From Carcharhinus longimanus (Eukaryota): 64,000 bases of DNA. Under the pieces are notes generated by a model, which was given only the letters and a program-made list of their open reading frames with translations, did not search any database and had not been told where the DNA came from. The stretch covers positions 57,420,860 through 57,484,859 of the forward strand of contig JASCQW010000098.1 in assembly GCA_030264375.1 (NCBI GenBank). The letters are read 5' to 3'. The position numbers were made by a program, and so were the translations under genes. This document shows, in pieces, positions 63,802 through 64,000 of this stretch (its first letter is position 1; each line of letters starts with the position of its first letter).

Positions 63802-64000
63802 GTAAGTAAACGGTTCATGAAATGTGTTGCTGAAGAATGGCAGTTTCAAAACATTGACACATCAGTGCCAGGTGTCCCAGCCCTTTTAATATGTGGAGAA
63901 TTGCAACCGATCAAACAAGGTCAACTTTAACCATGCTAGCACAGCATTGGTATCTATGGGCTAGCTACATACATTACATTACTACATACATTAGCAGCAG

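Overview
Vertebrate genomic DNA from a draft assembly with many N-gaps. The HE1/V-type SINEs, CR1-type LINE tails and Penelope-like repeats point to a shark or other elasmobranch. The + strand carries the last nine coding exons of NARS2 (mitochondrial asparaginyl-tRNA synthetase) at 12853-59923, with GT-AG junctions and a continuous reading frame. About 3.8 kb downstream in the same orientation is the first coding exon of a GAB-family adaptor (63730-63801), most likely GAB2 by synteny. The introns are mostly decayed and often nested transposons: CR1, L2, Rex1/Babar and RTE LINEs, two tRNA-derived SINE families, hAT (Buster/Charlie-type) fossils, Harbinger-like non-autonomous elements, a degenerate Gypsy provirus and solo LTRs. 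The most unusual structures are three ~200-bp TSD-flanked palindromic Penelope-derived inserts whose arms contain minimal hammerhead-ribozyme motifs, a second hammerhead-bearing Penelope family, V-SINEs with two different 3' tails, and a possible Ginger-like fossil. All calls were made by eye without database searches, and repeat boundaries are approximate unless a TSD or TIR is quoted.
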